A stretch of DNA of 63,690 nucleotides, filler included, from Octopus bimaculoides (Eukaryota): the NCBI RefSeq assembly GCF_001194135.2. It is 3 parts of 3 records of this genome, joined end to end, with 100 filler letters (N's around TTAATTAATTAA, not from the genome) between each part and the next. Parts side by side here need not be neighbours in the genome. Positions count along the whole stretch, not along the records: positions 1 to 29,809 come from NC_068983.1; 2 more parts are not named here. The stretch is one strand, 5' to 3'. Shown piece by piece: positions 1 to 12,005 of this stretch. The notes beneath the pieces were generated by a model. The model was not told the origin of the DNA. It did no database searches and saw only the letters and a program-made list of their open reading frames with translations. Every line of letters begins with the position of its first letter. Positions within the stretch are counted from its first letter, which is position 1. Made by a program: the position numbers and the translations under genes.

Positions 1-523
1 TTTGTGTGCTGGTTTGGTTTTGTCTTTTCTTTTGTTTTCTTATTTCCTTCTGACAAAAATCTGATACCTCACTGTGATGTTTATAGAAGCTGACACTTTA
101 CTGTAGAGTATTCTGCAGTAGAAGAAAGAAAAAAAAACAGTGTAGATAAAGAGACAAGAAAATAATAGCAAAGCCTACACTGACATGTGCTCTCATAGGA
201 CAGAAACACTGCAATGCAACGCACGGTGTTTATTGCTCCATGATACCGCCATCGCTCTTCGCGGCAGTCGTCTCGATTTGAACTCAGCAAAATAATGCTA
301 GTAATAATAATGATGATGACGAAGATGATGATGAAGATGATGATGATGAAGATAATGATGGTGATGGTGGTGGTGGTGGTGGGGATGATGATTTGTTTTG
401 CTACCAGGGCGAAGAATGAAGGGGTGGGGAAACGAAACTGAGACAGACATAATGTGTGTGGGGAGGGTTTAAATATAACGAAATAATATTTATATACATA
501 TACATAAATATATCTATATATCT

Positions 524-562
<39 letters not shown>

Positions 563-732
563 CATATATATATGTATGTATGTATATATATATGTATACA
601 TATATATATATACATATACATAAATATATCTATATATCTATACATATATATATAATGTAAATCATATATATATGCATATATACATACATATATGTACATC
701 CTACATATATATGCATATATACATGCATATAT

Positions 733-1610
733 GGGTACAGGACGTCAGAAACGTGAACAAAATGAGAAACGAGAACATAAAAATACAAAAACATGAAAAA
801 CGAACTTTTTTACGAACAACGAAAGAAACAAATAGAGAAACGAGACAGGTAACATAGAGAACATGCCTTGCATCAGTTGTCCCCTGTTTTATCTACTCCG
901 CGTTTCGAACATAGGGACAAGACGCAAGTTCGTTAAAACAGTCGTTCACGCAAAGCAAGTTTAAAAAAATTGGGATTTGCGGAGGGTTAGTGTAGTGACA
1001 AAAGCAGGACAGTGAGAACAAAACAGTAAAAATAAGAGGTAAGGGTTGTTAAGCTATAACAAGGTGAAATGGTGAACGCTGGAGAAACGAGCTTTGAGAA
1101 GAGACAGGCAAAAGCACGTCTTGTCTTTAGGAAGGAAATGGAAGAAAGAAAGATAGATAGCCGTTGGTCACGTGTGAGTACCGAGAGAGTCAAGGAGGAA
1201 GAGAGGGGGAGAGAGAGATTTGAGAAAGAGTGGGACAGAAAAACAGAAAGGAAGAAGAGCAAGAGAGAGAGAGATAGAATAGAGATAGGTTGTAGACTAC
1301 GCATCGGAATTATTAAAATAAAACTTACTTGGAAATGGATGCCTGGCGTTCGTTCATATAATAATATAAATAATATATATATATATATGCATATATGCAT
1401 ACATATATGTACATACCTACATATATATGTATATATACATGCATATATGGGTACAGGACGTCAAGAAAACGTGAACAAAATGAGAAACGAGAGCATAAAA
1501 AACAAAAGTATGGAAAACAAACTTTTTTACGAACAACGGAAGAAACAAATAAGGAAACGAGACAGGCAACATAAAGAGCATTCCCTTCATCAATTGTCTC
1601 CTGCTATATA
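733..1610 (-). mobile_element. Two similar Penelope-like terminal-repeat remnants (733-960 and 1449-1610), each abutting a TA-rich microsatellite
   Basis: Both start GGGTACAGGACGTCA(A)GAAA...GTGAACAAAATGAGAAACGAG. Related GGGTACATGACGT ends occur at 11657 and 29938. CTGATG/CGAAAC motifs are nearby. Confidence 0.45.
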
Positions 1611-1779
1611 TATATATATATATATATAGGGTGTACAGTAAAAGAAAGAAGGGTGGCATATATAGTCTACAAAAATAGAAGGAAGGAAATGATACAAACA
1701 TCTGAGACGATGACAGCAATGACTGCGATGACAACGACAACGAGAATGAAGAGATAGGAAAGCAAAATGAAATATAATT

Positions 1780-2400
1780 ATAATATATAATTATGATATG
1801 GAGGAGGTGAAGGAGTAGGAGAAGGAAGAGAAGGGGAGGAATGAGAGTAGAGAGGAGGAGGAGGAGGAGGAAGAGAGCCGTTATGAAGCAATGTATTATA
1901 TTTCGGTTTCGGCGAGTGAATACATGTACGTGGTTTGTTGCTCAAAACGATGGTGGTGATGATGATGATGATAAGCATGATGATGATGATGATGATGATG
2001 AGGATGATGATGATGATGAGGAGGAGGAGGAGGAGAGGAAGGAAGAAGTGGAAGAGAAAAAGAAGAAAGAAGACCATCGTCGTCCTCCTCGTCGTCGTCG
2101 TCGCTGCCGCTATATTCATCTTCATCATCTTCCACTACTACCTCATCATCATCATCATCATCATCCCCACCTTCATCATCGTCGTCATCGTCACCACCAC
2201 CACCACTACCACCATCATCTTCACCATCATCATCTTCGTCACCGTTAGTAACAACAACAATCCCGTCATCATTTATCATCATCATTTATCATCATCATCA
2301 TCATCATCATCATCAATGTCATCATCATTACCATTACCATGACCATAACCTTACTCCTCGTACGCCAGCGCATTATTATCATCATCATCATCATCACCAT
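1780..2400. repeat. Compound trinucleotide microsatellite block (GAG, GAT, CAT, CAC)
   Basis: Seen directly; it explains the poly-D/E/H/M ORFs in the track. Confidence 0.95.
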
Positions 2401-2550
2401 CTCCGTCATCGTCTTTCTCAAGGTGCCACGCAGTGGGACTGAAGCCGGAACCATGTGGTTGGTAAACAAGCTACTAACCACACACCCACTCATGAAAAAT
2501 AAAACAAAGAAAACATGTAAAATAGTCATTTATTTTTATCAAACAAATTA

Positions 2551-2709
2551 CGAGTGGTTGAGTGGTAAGTGGCTTGCTTACCAACCGCAAGGTTCTAGGT
2601 TCAGTCCCACTGCGTGGCACCTTGGGCAAGTGTCTTCTATTATAGTCTCGGGCCGACCGAAGCCTAGTGAGTGGATTTGGTAGATGGAAACTGAAAGAAG
2701 TCCGTCGTA

Positions 2710-2763
<54 letters not shown>

Positions 2764-2970
2764 TGTTTGTGTGTCTGCGTTTGTCCCTCTACCATCGCAT
2801 GACAATCGATGCTGGTGTGTTTGCGTCCCCGTAACTTAGCGGTTCGGCAAAATAGACCGATAGAATAAGTACTAATCTTACAAAGATTAGTACGACCTGG
2901 GGTCGAGTTGCTCGACTAAAGTCGGTGCTCCAGCATGGCCGCAGTCAAATGACTGAAACAAATAAAAGAA
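2551..2970 (+). mobile_element. SINE family A (tRNA-like head, CCTTGGGCAAG core, internal (TG)n)
   Basis: A/B-box-like head GGTAAG...GGTTCAGTCCC and 3' end CCAGCATGGCCGCAGTCAAATGACTGAAACA. More than ten full or partial copies occur in the window. Confidence 0.85.
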
Positions 2971-3780
2971 AGAATATATATATATACGACGGGGTTCTTT
3001 CAGTTTCCATCCACCAAATCCACTCACACAGAATCTAGCAGGCCCGAAGCTATAATAAAAGAAGGTGCTACACAGTGGGTCTGAACCCAGAACCATGTGA
3101 TTAGGAAGCAAACATCTTACCACGCAGCCAATTAGCATTTAACTTTGAGTCTGCAACTTGTGAATTTAATCACATCATTTTGAGCTAATTACTGTCATTT
3201 GATTAGTCCTGCCGTGATTTACCTTGCAATATTTAAATCATCTGTCCTATAATTACTTCCCTTGTAAAATATATAATTACATTGCTTCGTATTAACCATT
3301 CCTATTAACCATTTTCTATTAATTATTCCTTTTGAACTGCTTTCCCTTCGAATGAGCTCTGCTATTTCATCCTGCATCATTTAAGTAATCCACTTTCTAA
3401 TTAAGTTCTTCTGATAATCAAAATTTTTACTTCGATTGCTACTATTTTATCTCGATAGGGATATTTTGGGATCTGGCGAGTTGACGCTACATGCATCACA
3501 CATTGAATTATGAGCAAAACCTATTTGGTATGGAACCTTTCAATGCCCAGAAAATTGTATTTATTTTGCGTAAAAAGTAGGTCTTCTTTCGTAGGTGAAT
3601 ATGAACGCCACTCATCATTCGTAAACTATACAATAGTGTAGAGATGCTCATAATTATCAACTAAAAAAATTTTTCTTTTTATGTAATATTTTACTGTGCA
3701 TTTGTCGTGCAAAAGATAACGCCATATTTTCACTTACTTTATTTTCATTTCAAAGTATTTCATTAAACAGGGCTGCGATC

Positions 3781-4215
3781 AGGCAGAATCGTTAGCACGC
3801 TGGGCGAAATGCTTACCGGTATTTCGCCTACCGTTACGTTCTGAGTTCAAATTCCGCCGAGGTCGACTTTGCCTTTCATCCTTTCGGGGTCGATTAAATA
3901 AGTACCAGTTACGCACTGGTATCGATATAATCGACTTAACCCCTTTCTTTGTCCTTGTTTGTCCCCTATATGTTTAGCCCCTTGTGGGCAATAAAGAAAT
4001 AAGAATCTTAGCACGCCGGGCGAAATGCCAAGCAGTATTTCGTCTGCCGTTACGCTTTGAGTTCAAATTCGGCCGAGGTCGACTTTGCCTTTCATCCTTT
4101 CGGGTTCCATTAAATAAGTACCAGTTACGCTCTGGGGTCGATGTAATCGACTTAATCCCTTTGTCTGTCCTTGTTTTTCCCCTCTATGTTTAGCCCCCTG
4201 CGGGCAATAAAGAAA
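3781..4215 (+). mobile_element. SINE family B (tRNA-derived), two copies in tandem
   Basis: GGCAGAATCGTTAGCACGC...GAGTTCAAATTCCGCCGAGGTCGACTTTGCCTTTCATCC...AGCCCCTTGTGGGCAATAAAGAAATA occurs twice. Confidence 0.9.
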
Positions 4216-4584
4216 TGTATTTCAGTAAATTTGTTCGTTTGTCACAGATGCACACTCAACTGGTCTCTCACTCTCACTCTTTCTTACCCTCCTTCAACAC
4301 ACATACGCACACACACGTATTTATGTATGTATATAATTTAGCGAATACAGGTGTTATACATGGGCTACTTCAATTTTTATGCTGCATAGTGCAGTAATCG
4401 ATAGCTGCAATATCTAAACATGAAACTTAAAGCAAATCGCGTTTAAATCCTATATTTAATATATGATATTCACCTCTCGCTGCTTAGTGCTGTGAGCAAT
4501 TTTTTTGATCTTTTCAACAAGTGAACAGTACACTGTGAATATGTGTGTGTGCATACGCGTTCCAAAATGTAACTACATGTAGAT

Positions 4585-4750
4585 TATTGGCGATCCCTCC
4601 ACCGTCTCCCTTTTCTCTTGGACTTTCCTCTGTCTCCTGTTTCTGAAGAAGAGCTTTGCTCGAAATATATAACACCCTTTCTCTCCTTCTCGAGACGTCT
4701 TTTAATACTTTGCATGTACCACGACTGCGTTGCTGTTTTTCTTTTTTCTT
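4585..4750 (+). mobile_element. Penelope-like terminal repeat; reverse-complement copy at about 63480-63690
   Basis: The shared sequence CTTTTCTCTTGGACTTTCCTCTGTCTCCTGTTTCTGAAGAA(G/A)AGCTTTGCTCGAAA...GCATGTACCACG includes a minimal hammerhead core. Both copies end near (TA)n. Confidence 0.55.
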
Positions 4751-4772
4751 TATTTTATATATATATATATAT

Positions 4773-4811
<39 letters not shown>

Positions 4812-5474
4812 TATATATATATACTGTTGCTTTTAGCCCCATATATATATATTATGAATGATTGCCTGATACAACACCGTAGACTATCCGAGATCGTCGG
4901 AAGAGTGTATGGGCAAAGGCCTGAAACTTACAGTAGTTTGTGTTTAAAGCTTGTATATGATAACTTATAATTATCTATCATGGGGCGGAGTACGTTTCTA
5001 TTTTGTTGATCCTACAACTGGCAGAATATANNNNNNNNNNNNNNNNNNNNNNNNNNNNNNNNNNNNNNNNNNNNNNNNNNNNNNNNNNNNNNNNNNNNNN
5101 NNNNNNNNNNNNNNNNNNNNNNNNNNNNNNNNNNNNNNNNNNNNNNNNNNNNNNNNNNNNNNNNNNNNNNNNNNNNNNNNNNNNNNNNNNNNNNNNNNNN
5201 NNNNNNNNNNNNNNNNNNNNNNNNNNNNNNNNNNNNNNNNNNNNNNNNNNNNNNNNNNNNNNNNNNNNNNNNNNNNNNNNNNNNNNNNNNNNNNNNNNNN
5301 NNNNNNNNNNNNNNNNNNNNNNNNNNNNNNNNNNNNNNNNNNNNNNNNNNNNNNNNNNNNNNNNNNNNNNNNNNNNNNNNNNNNNNNNNNNNNNNNNNNN
5401 NNNNTATATATATATATATGTATGTATATATATGTGTGTGTGTATGTGTGTGTGTGTGTAGTTAAAGAGAGAGA

Positions 5475-5518
<44 letters not shown>

Positions 5519-6002
5519 CTTATGTTTGCTTCTCTGTGTATAGACGTATGAGCATTCGAGTGTGTCTGACTTCACAGCAAAATCTTTCATTGGTAAAAGA
5601 CGCATAAAAGGAGGCTATCATCAAAAGAGTAAAGCTATCAACTTCAATTATCCATCGGTCAATTCCGTATTTAATTTGATATTATAGTTATCTCGATTTA
5701 ATTATCTCCCTTTCATAATTTGATTTTTCAATCCCTGTTAATCCTCCGGAAGTAGGTGTTGCAGTTTGAAAGAAACTATTTTTAACAATAAATTAATGTC
5801 CTTTCTGATTTCTGTTAAATCCAGTGCTGCTTCGTTACAAAAGATATTTCTGAGAAACATCAACAGATCTGGAGGAGAGTTCAGAAGAAATATTTCATAC
5901 AAACTTGAACATTTTCGTTATAAGCTGCGTTATATAGGACAGAAAACAACAAAGTAGCAGCGGTATATGCAACGACAGATACACACGTTGATATTTCACA
6001 AG

Positions 6003-6400
6003 AGTGGCTGTGTGGTAAGTAGCTTGCTTACCAACCACATGGTTCCGGGTTCAGTCCCACTGCATGGCACCTTGGGCAAGTGTCTTCAACCATAGCCTCG
6101 GGCCGACCAAAGCCTTGTGAGTGGATTTGGTAGACGGAAACTGAAAGAAGCCCGTCGTGTATATGTGTGTGTGTGTGTGTGTGAGTGTGTGTGTGTGTTT
6201 GTTTGTCTGTGTTTGTCCACCAACCATCGTTTGGAAAACGAGGCTGGTGTGTTTGCGTCCCCGTAACATAGCGGTTCGGCAAAAAGAGCCCGATAGAATA
6301 AGCACTAGGATTACAAAGAATAAGTCCTGGGGTCGATTTGCTCGACTAAAGGCGGTGCTCCAGCATGGCCGCAGTCAAATGACTGGAACAAGTAAAAGGG
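6003..6400 (+). mobile_element. SINE family A, full copy
   Basis: Same head, core, (TG)n and tail as 2551-2970. Confidence 0.9.
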
Positions 6401-6494
6401 AGAGAGTATATATATATATACACACACATATATACATGAGTGGATGAACAAACAAATGATCACTCAACACCTTTATTAGCATTTACATATTTTT

Positions 6495-7025
6495 TAAACA
6501 GTTTGGCAACTTAAAGGAACAGAGGTATAAGAGGTCTTATAGGATGCAAGATCTGTGTTGTCAATGAGAAGAACAGTCTGGGATGGTACATCAAACAGCA
6601 GAGTGAATCCTTGCATGCCGCTGTTAGAATTAACAATATAATACCTACCGAAAGTGCGATGCACCCACAAACATTTAAGAAAAAAGATGAAGAAGAAAGA
6701 GTAAACAACTGGAAAATGAAATCGCTGCATGGGCAATACCTCAGAGAAATTGAAGGAAAAGACAAGATCAACACTTGGAGATGGTTCAGAAAGAGTGGTC
6801 TTAAAGGATCCCATTAGTTATAGGTGCATTGGGAGCTATTCCTAAAGATCTGAACAGATGGATAGAGGAAATAGGCATAAAACTCAGTTTAGTACAGGTT
6901 CCCCCAAAACAGTGTTATTAAGGACAGCTAGAATACTAAAGAGGGTTTTTGGCATCGAAGGTTGTAGCCCAATGTTAGGAATTTTTTTTTTCCGACAGTC
7001 TATTCTCTTGAGTGTGTATGAAAAT
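6495..7025 (+). mobile_element. RLE-type non-LTR retrotransposon (R4/Dong/Hero-like) 3' fragment with an internal deletion
   Basis: KSLHGQYLREIEGKDKINTWRWFRKSGLK is joined directly to IGALGAIPKDLNRWIEEIGIK...TARILKRVFGI. The 3' part closely matches 47320-47540 and ends in (AAC/AAT)n. Confidence 0.8.
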
Positions 7026-8254
7026 GATAACAACAATAACAACAACAACAACAACAACAGCAGCAGCAACAACAGCAACAACAACAACAACAACAGCAGC
7101 AGCAGCAATAACAACAACAACAACAACAACACTGACAAAATTCTGTGCTGCATCACAGAATTTTGTCAGTGAACAGGTCGCGGTCTCAAAGCGACGAAAA
7201 TATTTTGACAAAATTAAATTTAAATGTTGAAGTGAATCTAACGGATTTTGTGTGTTATTTTAAACGGCTTATAAACACCTTCCACGCTGCAATTGTTTTC
7301 GTTCCAGCATACGATCTCAGATCAGGTCACTTGCTATGCAAGTACATCTCCGTNNNNNNNNNNNNNNNNNNNNNNNNNNNNNNNNNNNNNNNNNNNNNNN
7401 NNNNNNNNNNNNNNNNNNNNNNNNNNNNNNNNNNNNNNNNNNNNNNNNNNNNNNNNNNNNNNNNNNNNNNNNNNNNNNNNNNNNNNNNNNNNNNNNNNNN
7501 NNNNNNNNNNNNNNNNNNNNNNNNNNNNNNNNNNNNNNNNNNNNNNNNNNNNNNNNNNNNNNNNNNNNNNNNNNNNNNNNNNNNNNNNNNNNNNNNNNNN
7601 NNNNNNNNNNNNNNNNNNNNNNNNNNNNNNNNNNNNNNNNNNNNNNNNNNNNNNNNNNNNNNNNNNNNNNNNNNNNNNNNNNNNNNNNNNNNNNNNNNNN
7701 NNNNNNNNNNNNNNNNNNNNNNNNNNNNNNNNNNNNNNNNNNNNNNNNNNNNNNNNNNNNNNNNNNNNNNNNNNNNNNNNNNNNNNNNNNNNNNNNNNNN
7801 NNNNNNNNNNNNNNNNNNNNNNNNNNNNNNNNNNNNNNNNNNNNNNNNNNNNNNNNNNNNNNNNNNNNNNNNNNNNNNNNNNNNNNNNNNNNNNNNNNNN
7901 NNNNNNNNNNNNNNNNNNNNNNNNNNNNNNNNNNNNNNNNNNNNNNNNNNNNNNNNNNNNNNNNNNNNNNNNNNNNNNNNNNNNNNNNNNNNNNNNNNNN
8001 NNNNNNNNNNNNNNNNNNNNNNNNNNNNNNNNNNNNNNNNNNNNNNNNNNNNNNNNNNNNNNNNNNNNNNNNNNNNNNNNNNNNNNNNNNNNNNNNNNNN
8101 NNNNNNNNNNNNTTGAATGTTATTATGTTTAGGCTTGCTTAGCTTTTACAACGGATTGCCAATAAAGTCATTCCGTTGATGGCGTTGGTATTAGTTTTGA
8201 TGTTGTTGATGTTTTTGATCGGGTCTCATCGAGCCTTGACTTTGTTGTTGTTGT

Positions 8255-8301
<47 letters not shown>

Positions 8302-8811
8302 ATTGTTGTTGTTGTTATTGTCTTGGGTACCGCCATCGTCTTCGTCGTCGTCGTTGTTCTTTATGATTTAATATACTCTGTTTACGGGATATTTTGAGGT
8401 GCAGACGACAAGAGTATGCAATGAAAACGAATTTATTGAAGTTAGCTGAATAAACAAAAGCCACTGTGTGATAAGATATATGTTTGTATGTCTGTATGTA
8501 TGTGTGTATGTATGTATGTATGTGTGTATATGCGTATGAGCATGTGTGCATGTATGTCTCTGCGTGTGTGTTTGTGTAAATGTTGACTTCATTTAGTTTC
8601 AGTCAGATCTGTTTCGTAATGTAAGTTATGTCTCTATAGTTTTTCTCCAAGTCGTTTTCATCATCTCTCCTCCTCCCTCGTCGTTTTCCTCTTCGGCCTC
8701 GTTTTTGACACATCTGTTTTCACCTCCCACTTCCTCTCGTATTCAATCTTCCTTTTTATTCCATCTCTCTTTTACTCACGACTCTTTCTTCGGTGGTGGA
8801 AGTATGCTTTT

Positions 8812-8954
8812 TTAACTATTTTTCTAACGCGACTCTCTCTATTTCTATCTCCCCCTCTCATTCTTCCCTCTACTGTTCTTCGCCTCTACCTGTCACTACT
8901 ACTCTCTCTCTCTATCTCTTGTTACTCGTCCTTCGCCTCTCAGGGTTACTACTA

Positions 8955-8988
<34 letters not shown>

Positions 8989-11537
8989 CTCTCGTTGCTC
9001 ACTTTTATTCTACTTCCTCCCCTCCTTTTCCCTCTGCTACTCTTTCTCTTCACACAGCCTTGGTCACGTGTGTCCGGCTGCTATTTCTTTTCGTTCTTGG
9101 AATCACCAAGCTCGCACGTACTTCTTTGCCCCTCCTGTACGTGCTTCACAGCGTTCAAGACATACACACTTCACGTCTGGCTGTACAGCCTTTTTGTTTG
9201 NNNNNNNNNNNNNNNNNNNNNNNNNNNNNNNNNNNNNNNNNNNNNNNNNNNNNNNNNNNNNNNNNNNNNNNNNNNNNNNNNNNNNNNNNNNNNNNNNNNN
9301 NNNNNNNNNNNNNNNNNNNNNNNNNNNNNNNNNNNNNNNNNNNNNNNNNNNNNNNNNNNNNNNNNNNNNNNNNNNNNNNNNNNNNNNNNNNNNNNNNNNN
9401 NNNNNNNNNNNNNNNNNNNNNNNNNNNNNNNNNNNNNNNNNNNNNNNNNNNNNNNNNNNNNNNNNNNNNNNNNNNNNNNNNNNNNNNNNNNNNNNNNNNN
9501 NNNNNNNNNNNNNNNNNNNNNNNNNNNNNNNNNNNNNNNNNNNNNNNNNNNNNNNNNNNNNNNNNNNNNNNNNNNNNNNNNNNNNNNNNNNNNNNNNNNN
9601 NNNNNNNNNNNNNNNNNNNNNNNNNNNNNNNNNNNNNNNNNNNNNNNNNNNNNNNNNNNNNNNNNNNNNNNNNNNNNNNNNNNNNNNNNNNNNNNNNNNN
9701 NNNNNNNNNNNNNNNNNNNNNNNNNNNNNNNNNNNNNNNNNNNNNNNNNNNNNNNNNNNNNNNNNNNNNNNNNNNNNNNNNNNNNNNNNNNNNNNNNNNN
9801 NNNNNNNNNNNNNNNNNNNNNNNNNNNNNNNNNNNNNNNNNNNNNNNNNNNNNNNNNNNNNNNNNNNNNNNNNNNNNNNNNNNNNNNNNNNNNNNNNNNN
9901 NNNNNNNNNNNNNNNNNNNNNNNNNNNNNNNNNNNNNNNNNNNNNNNNNNNNNNNNNNNNNNNNNNNNNNNNNNNNNNNNNNNNNNNNNNNNNNNNNNNN
10001 NNNNNNNNNNNNNNNNNNNNNNNNNNNNNNNNNNNNNNNNNTATATATATATATATATAAATTAATCAAAGAACATACTAAGTATGTCTACTTGCTGGAA
10101 ATAACAGTAAAGACTCTTATTTAAATCACCAAAATACACTGATAACAACTACAGAAATCAACCGTTTGAAGGCAAGTTTGCACACATGAGGCTGATAACA
10201 TCATAAAACTTGGTAAGCAGTTCCTCGAACAACACTCTTTGTCTGATAACCTAGAATACATGCTCAAAGAGATCGCACGATTCTACGGCAACGTATCATC
10301 ACATGAAAGGACGAGCCTATATGAACAGACTATGCATGAATATGTTAGTAGAAAGCTCCGTGGTGATAGTAACATCGATCATCAAAGCCGTTTATCATGA
10401 ACCAATAGCTGGATTATTACCTCCCACCTTGAAGTGTACGCGTTTGCAATCCAGGAACAGGAAATATCAACCAAGTACCTGATGCACAATAAGGATAGAG
10501 ATGCAGGAAAAGCCGTAATATGGGACAACCGATGCAGACTTTGTAGAGTTCACGCTGAAGATATCACCCACATCATAAGCAGTGATCCGAGAATATCATC
10601 AGGGTGTTGTCTACCGATGAGACATAACGCAGTAGCTGGGACACTCTGTAAATGAAATCCGTCGGAAGATTATCCCGAGGACAAAGAAATAAGAACCCAC
10701 AATATGGTAGAAGCCACAGCCACTCATAATAGAAAGGAATACTGGTGGAATGTGCCAGTGCAGATCTCAATAAAATGTAAGTACAACTGACCTGATATAA
10801 TGATTAAGGATAGAGAAGAGAAACTGTGCACAGTTGTGGAAATTAGCTGCCCAGAATATCTTAACATAAAGCTGAAGATCAGTGAAAAAGAGAACACATA
10901 TGCTGAACTATTGAGAAATCTGCAGTTACTCTATCCAGATTACAAGTTCAGATTTATACCTGTAATTATTGGGCCCCTGAGATATGTAACACTGCCTCAA
11001 TATCAATCTTGAGAAATTAGGCTTCTCAAAACTAGAAAGGAGAAAGCTNNNNNNNNNNNNNNNNNNNNNNNNNNNNNNNNNNNNNNNNNNNNNNNNNNNN
11101 NNNNNNNNNNNNNNNNNNNNNNNNNNNNNNNNNNNNNNNNNNNNNNNNAAAAAGGCTGTACAGCCAGACGTGAAGTGTGTATGTCTCGAACGCTGTTAAG
11201 CGCGTACAGGAGGGGCAAAGAAGTATGTGCGAGCTTGGTGATTCCAAGAACGAAAAGAAATAGCAGCCGCACACACGTGACCAAAGCTGTTTGAAGAGAA
11301 AGAGTAGCGGAGGGAAAAGGAGGGGAGGAAGTAGGATAAAAGTGAGCAACGAGAGGTAGAGAGAGAGAGAGAGAGAGATAGTAGTAGCAACGGTGAGAGG
11401 CGAAGGACGAGTAACAAGAGATAGAGAGAGAGAGAGAGAGAGAGAAGTAGTGACAGGTAGAGGCGAAGAACAGTAGAGGGAAGAATGAGAGGGGGAGATA
11501 GAAATAGAGAGAGTCGCGTTAGAAAAATAGTTAAAAC
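8812..11537. repeat. Inverted pair of ~390-bp repeat copies (8812-9200 and 11148-11537)
   Basis: The two segments are reverse complements with few mismatches (also visible as near-identical ORFs on opposite strands in the track). Confidence 0.85.
10075..11048 (+). mobile_element. RLE-type non-LTR retrotransposon 3' region, second family (CCHC finger plus PD-(D/E)xK nuclease), degenerate
   Basis: FAIQEQEISTKYL...CRLCRVHAEDITHIISS...RHNAVA...YWWNVPVQ...PDIMIKDREEKLCTVVEISCP...IPVIIGPL. Confidence 0.85.
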
Positions 11538-12005
11538 TTACTGTATAAAGGTAACGCGTGCGTTCTGTCGTGATGCAAACAATATATGAGTATGTGTATA
11601 TATATGTACATGTATGTATATACGTTCATCCACATGTACATATAGATACATAACTGGGTACATGACGTGGCAAAAGAACAAGGACAAAAATGGTAAACAA
11701 GGTGCAACAAAACAAGCAGGCCATATAGAAACATCCCTTTCATCAGCTCCCACCATTAAAACTCCGGCGTTTCGAAGAATTAAGGCAGTACGCATCGTTA
11801 AAATGGTTCTTCCCACGAACACAAATTTAATTGTTTTCGTGGAGGGTAGTGGCNNNNNNNNNNGCATCGTTAAAATGGTTCTTCCCACGAACACAAATTT
11901 AATTGTTTTCGTGGAGGGTAGTGGCGGACGGAAAACAAGACAGGAAAACGAAACGGTGAAATAAGCAAACAAAAAGGTTATATATATATATACATACATA
12001 CGCTG

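Noticed and set aside
860-910. Permuted (type II-like) hammerhead from GAAAC followed by CTGATG; also at 11735-11775
   Set aside because: Stem I does not pair and core positions are altered; kept only as a terminal-repeat remnant.
1778-2342. Poly-D/E/H/M/R ORFs in several frames (similar ones at 6884-7230, 13057-14106, 28553-28823, 52061-52336, 58534-59076)
   Set aside because: They are translations of trinucleotide microsatellites that are open in multiple frames on both strands.
11794-11925. Direct duplication of about 60 bp around a 10-N gap
   Set aside because: Identical sequence on both sides of a minimal gap is typical of unmerged overlapping contig ends.
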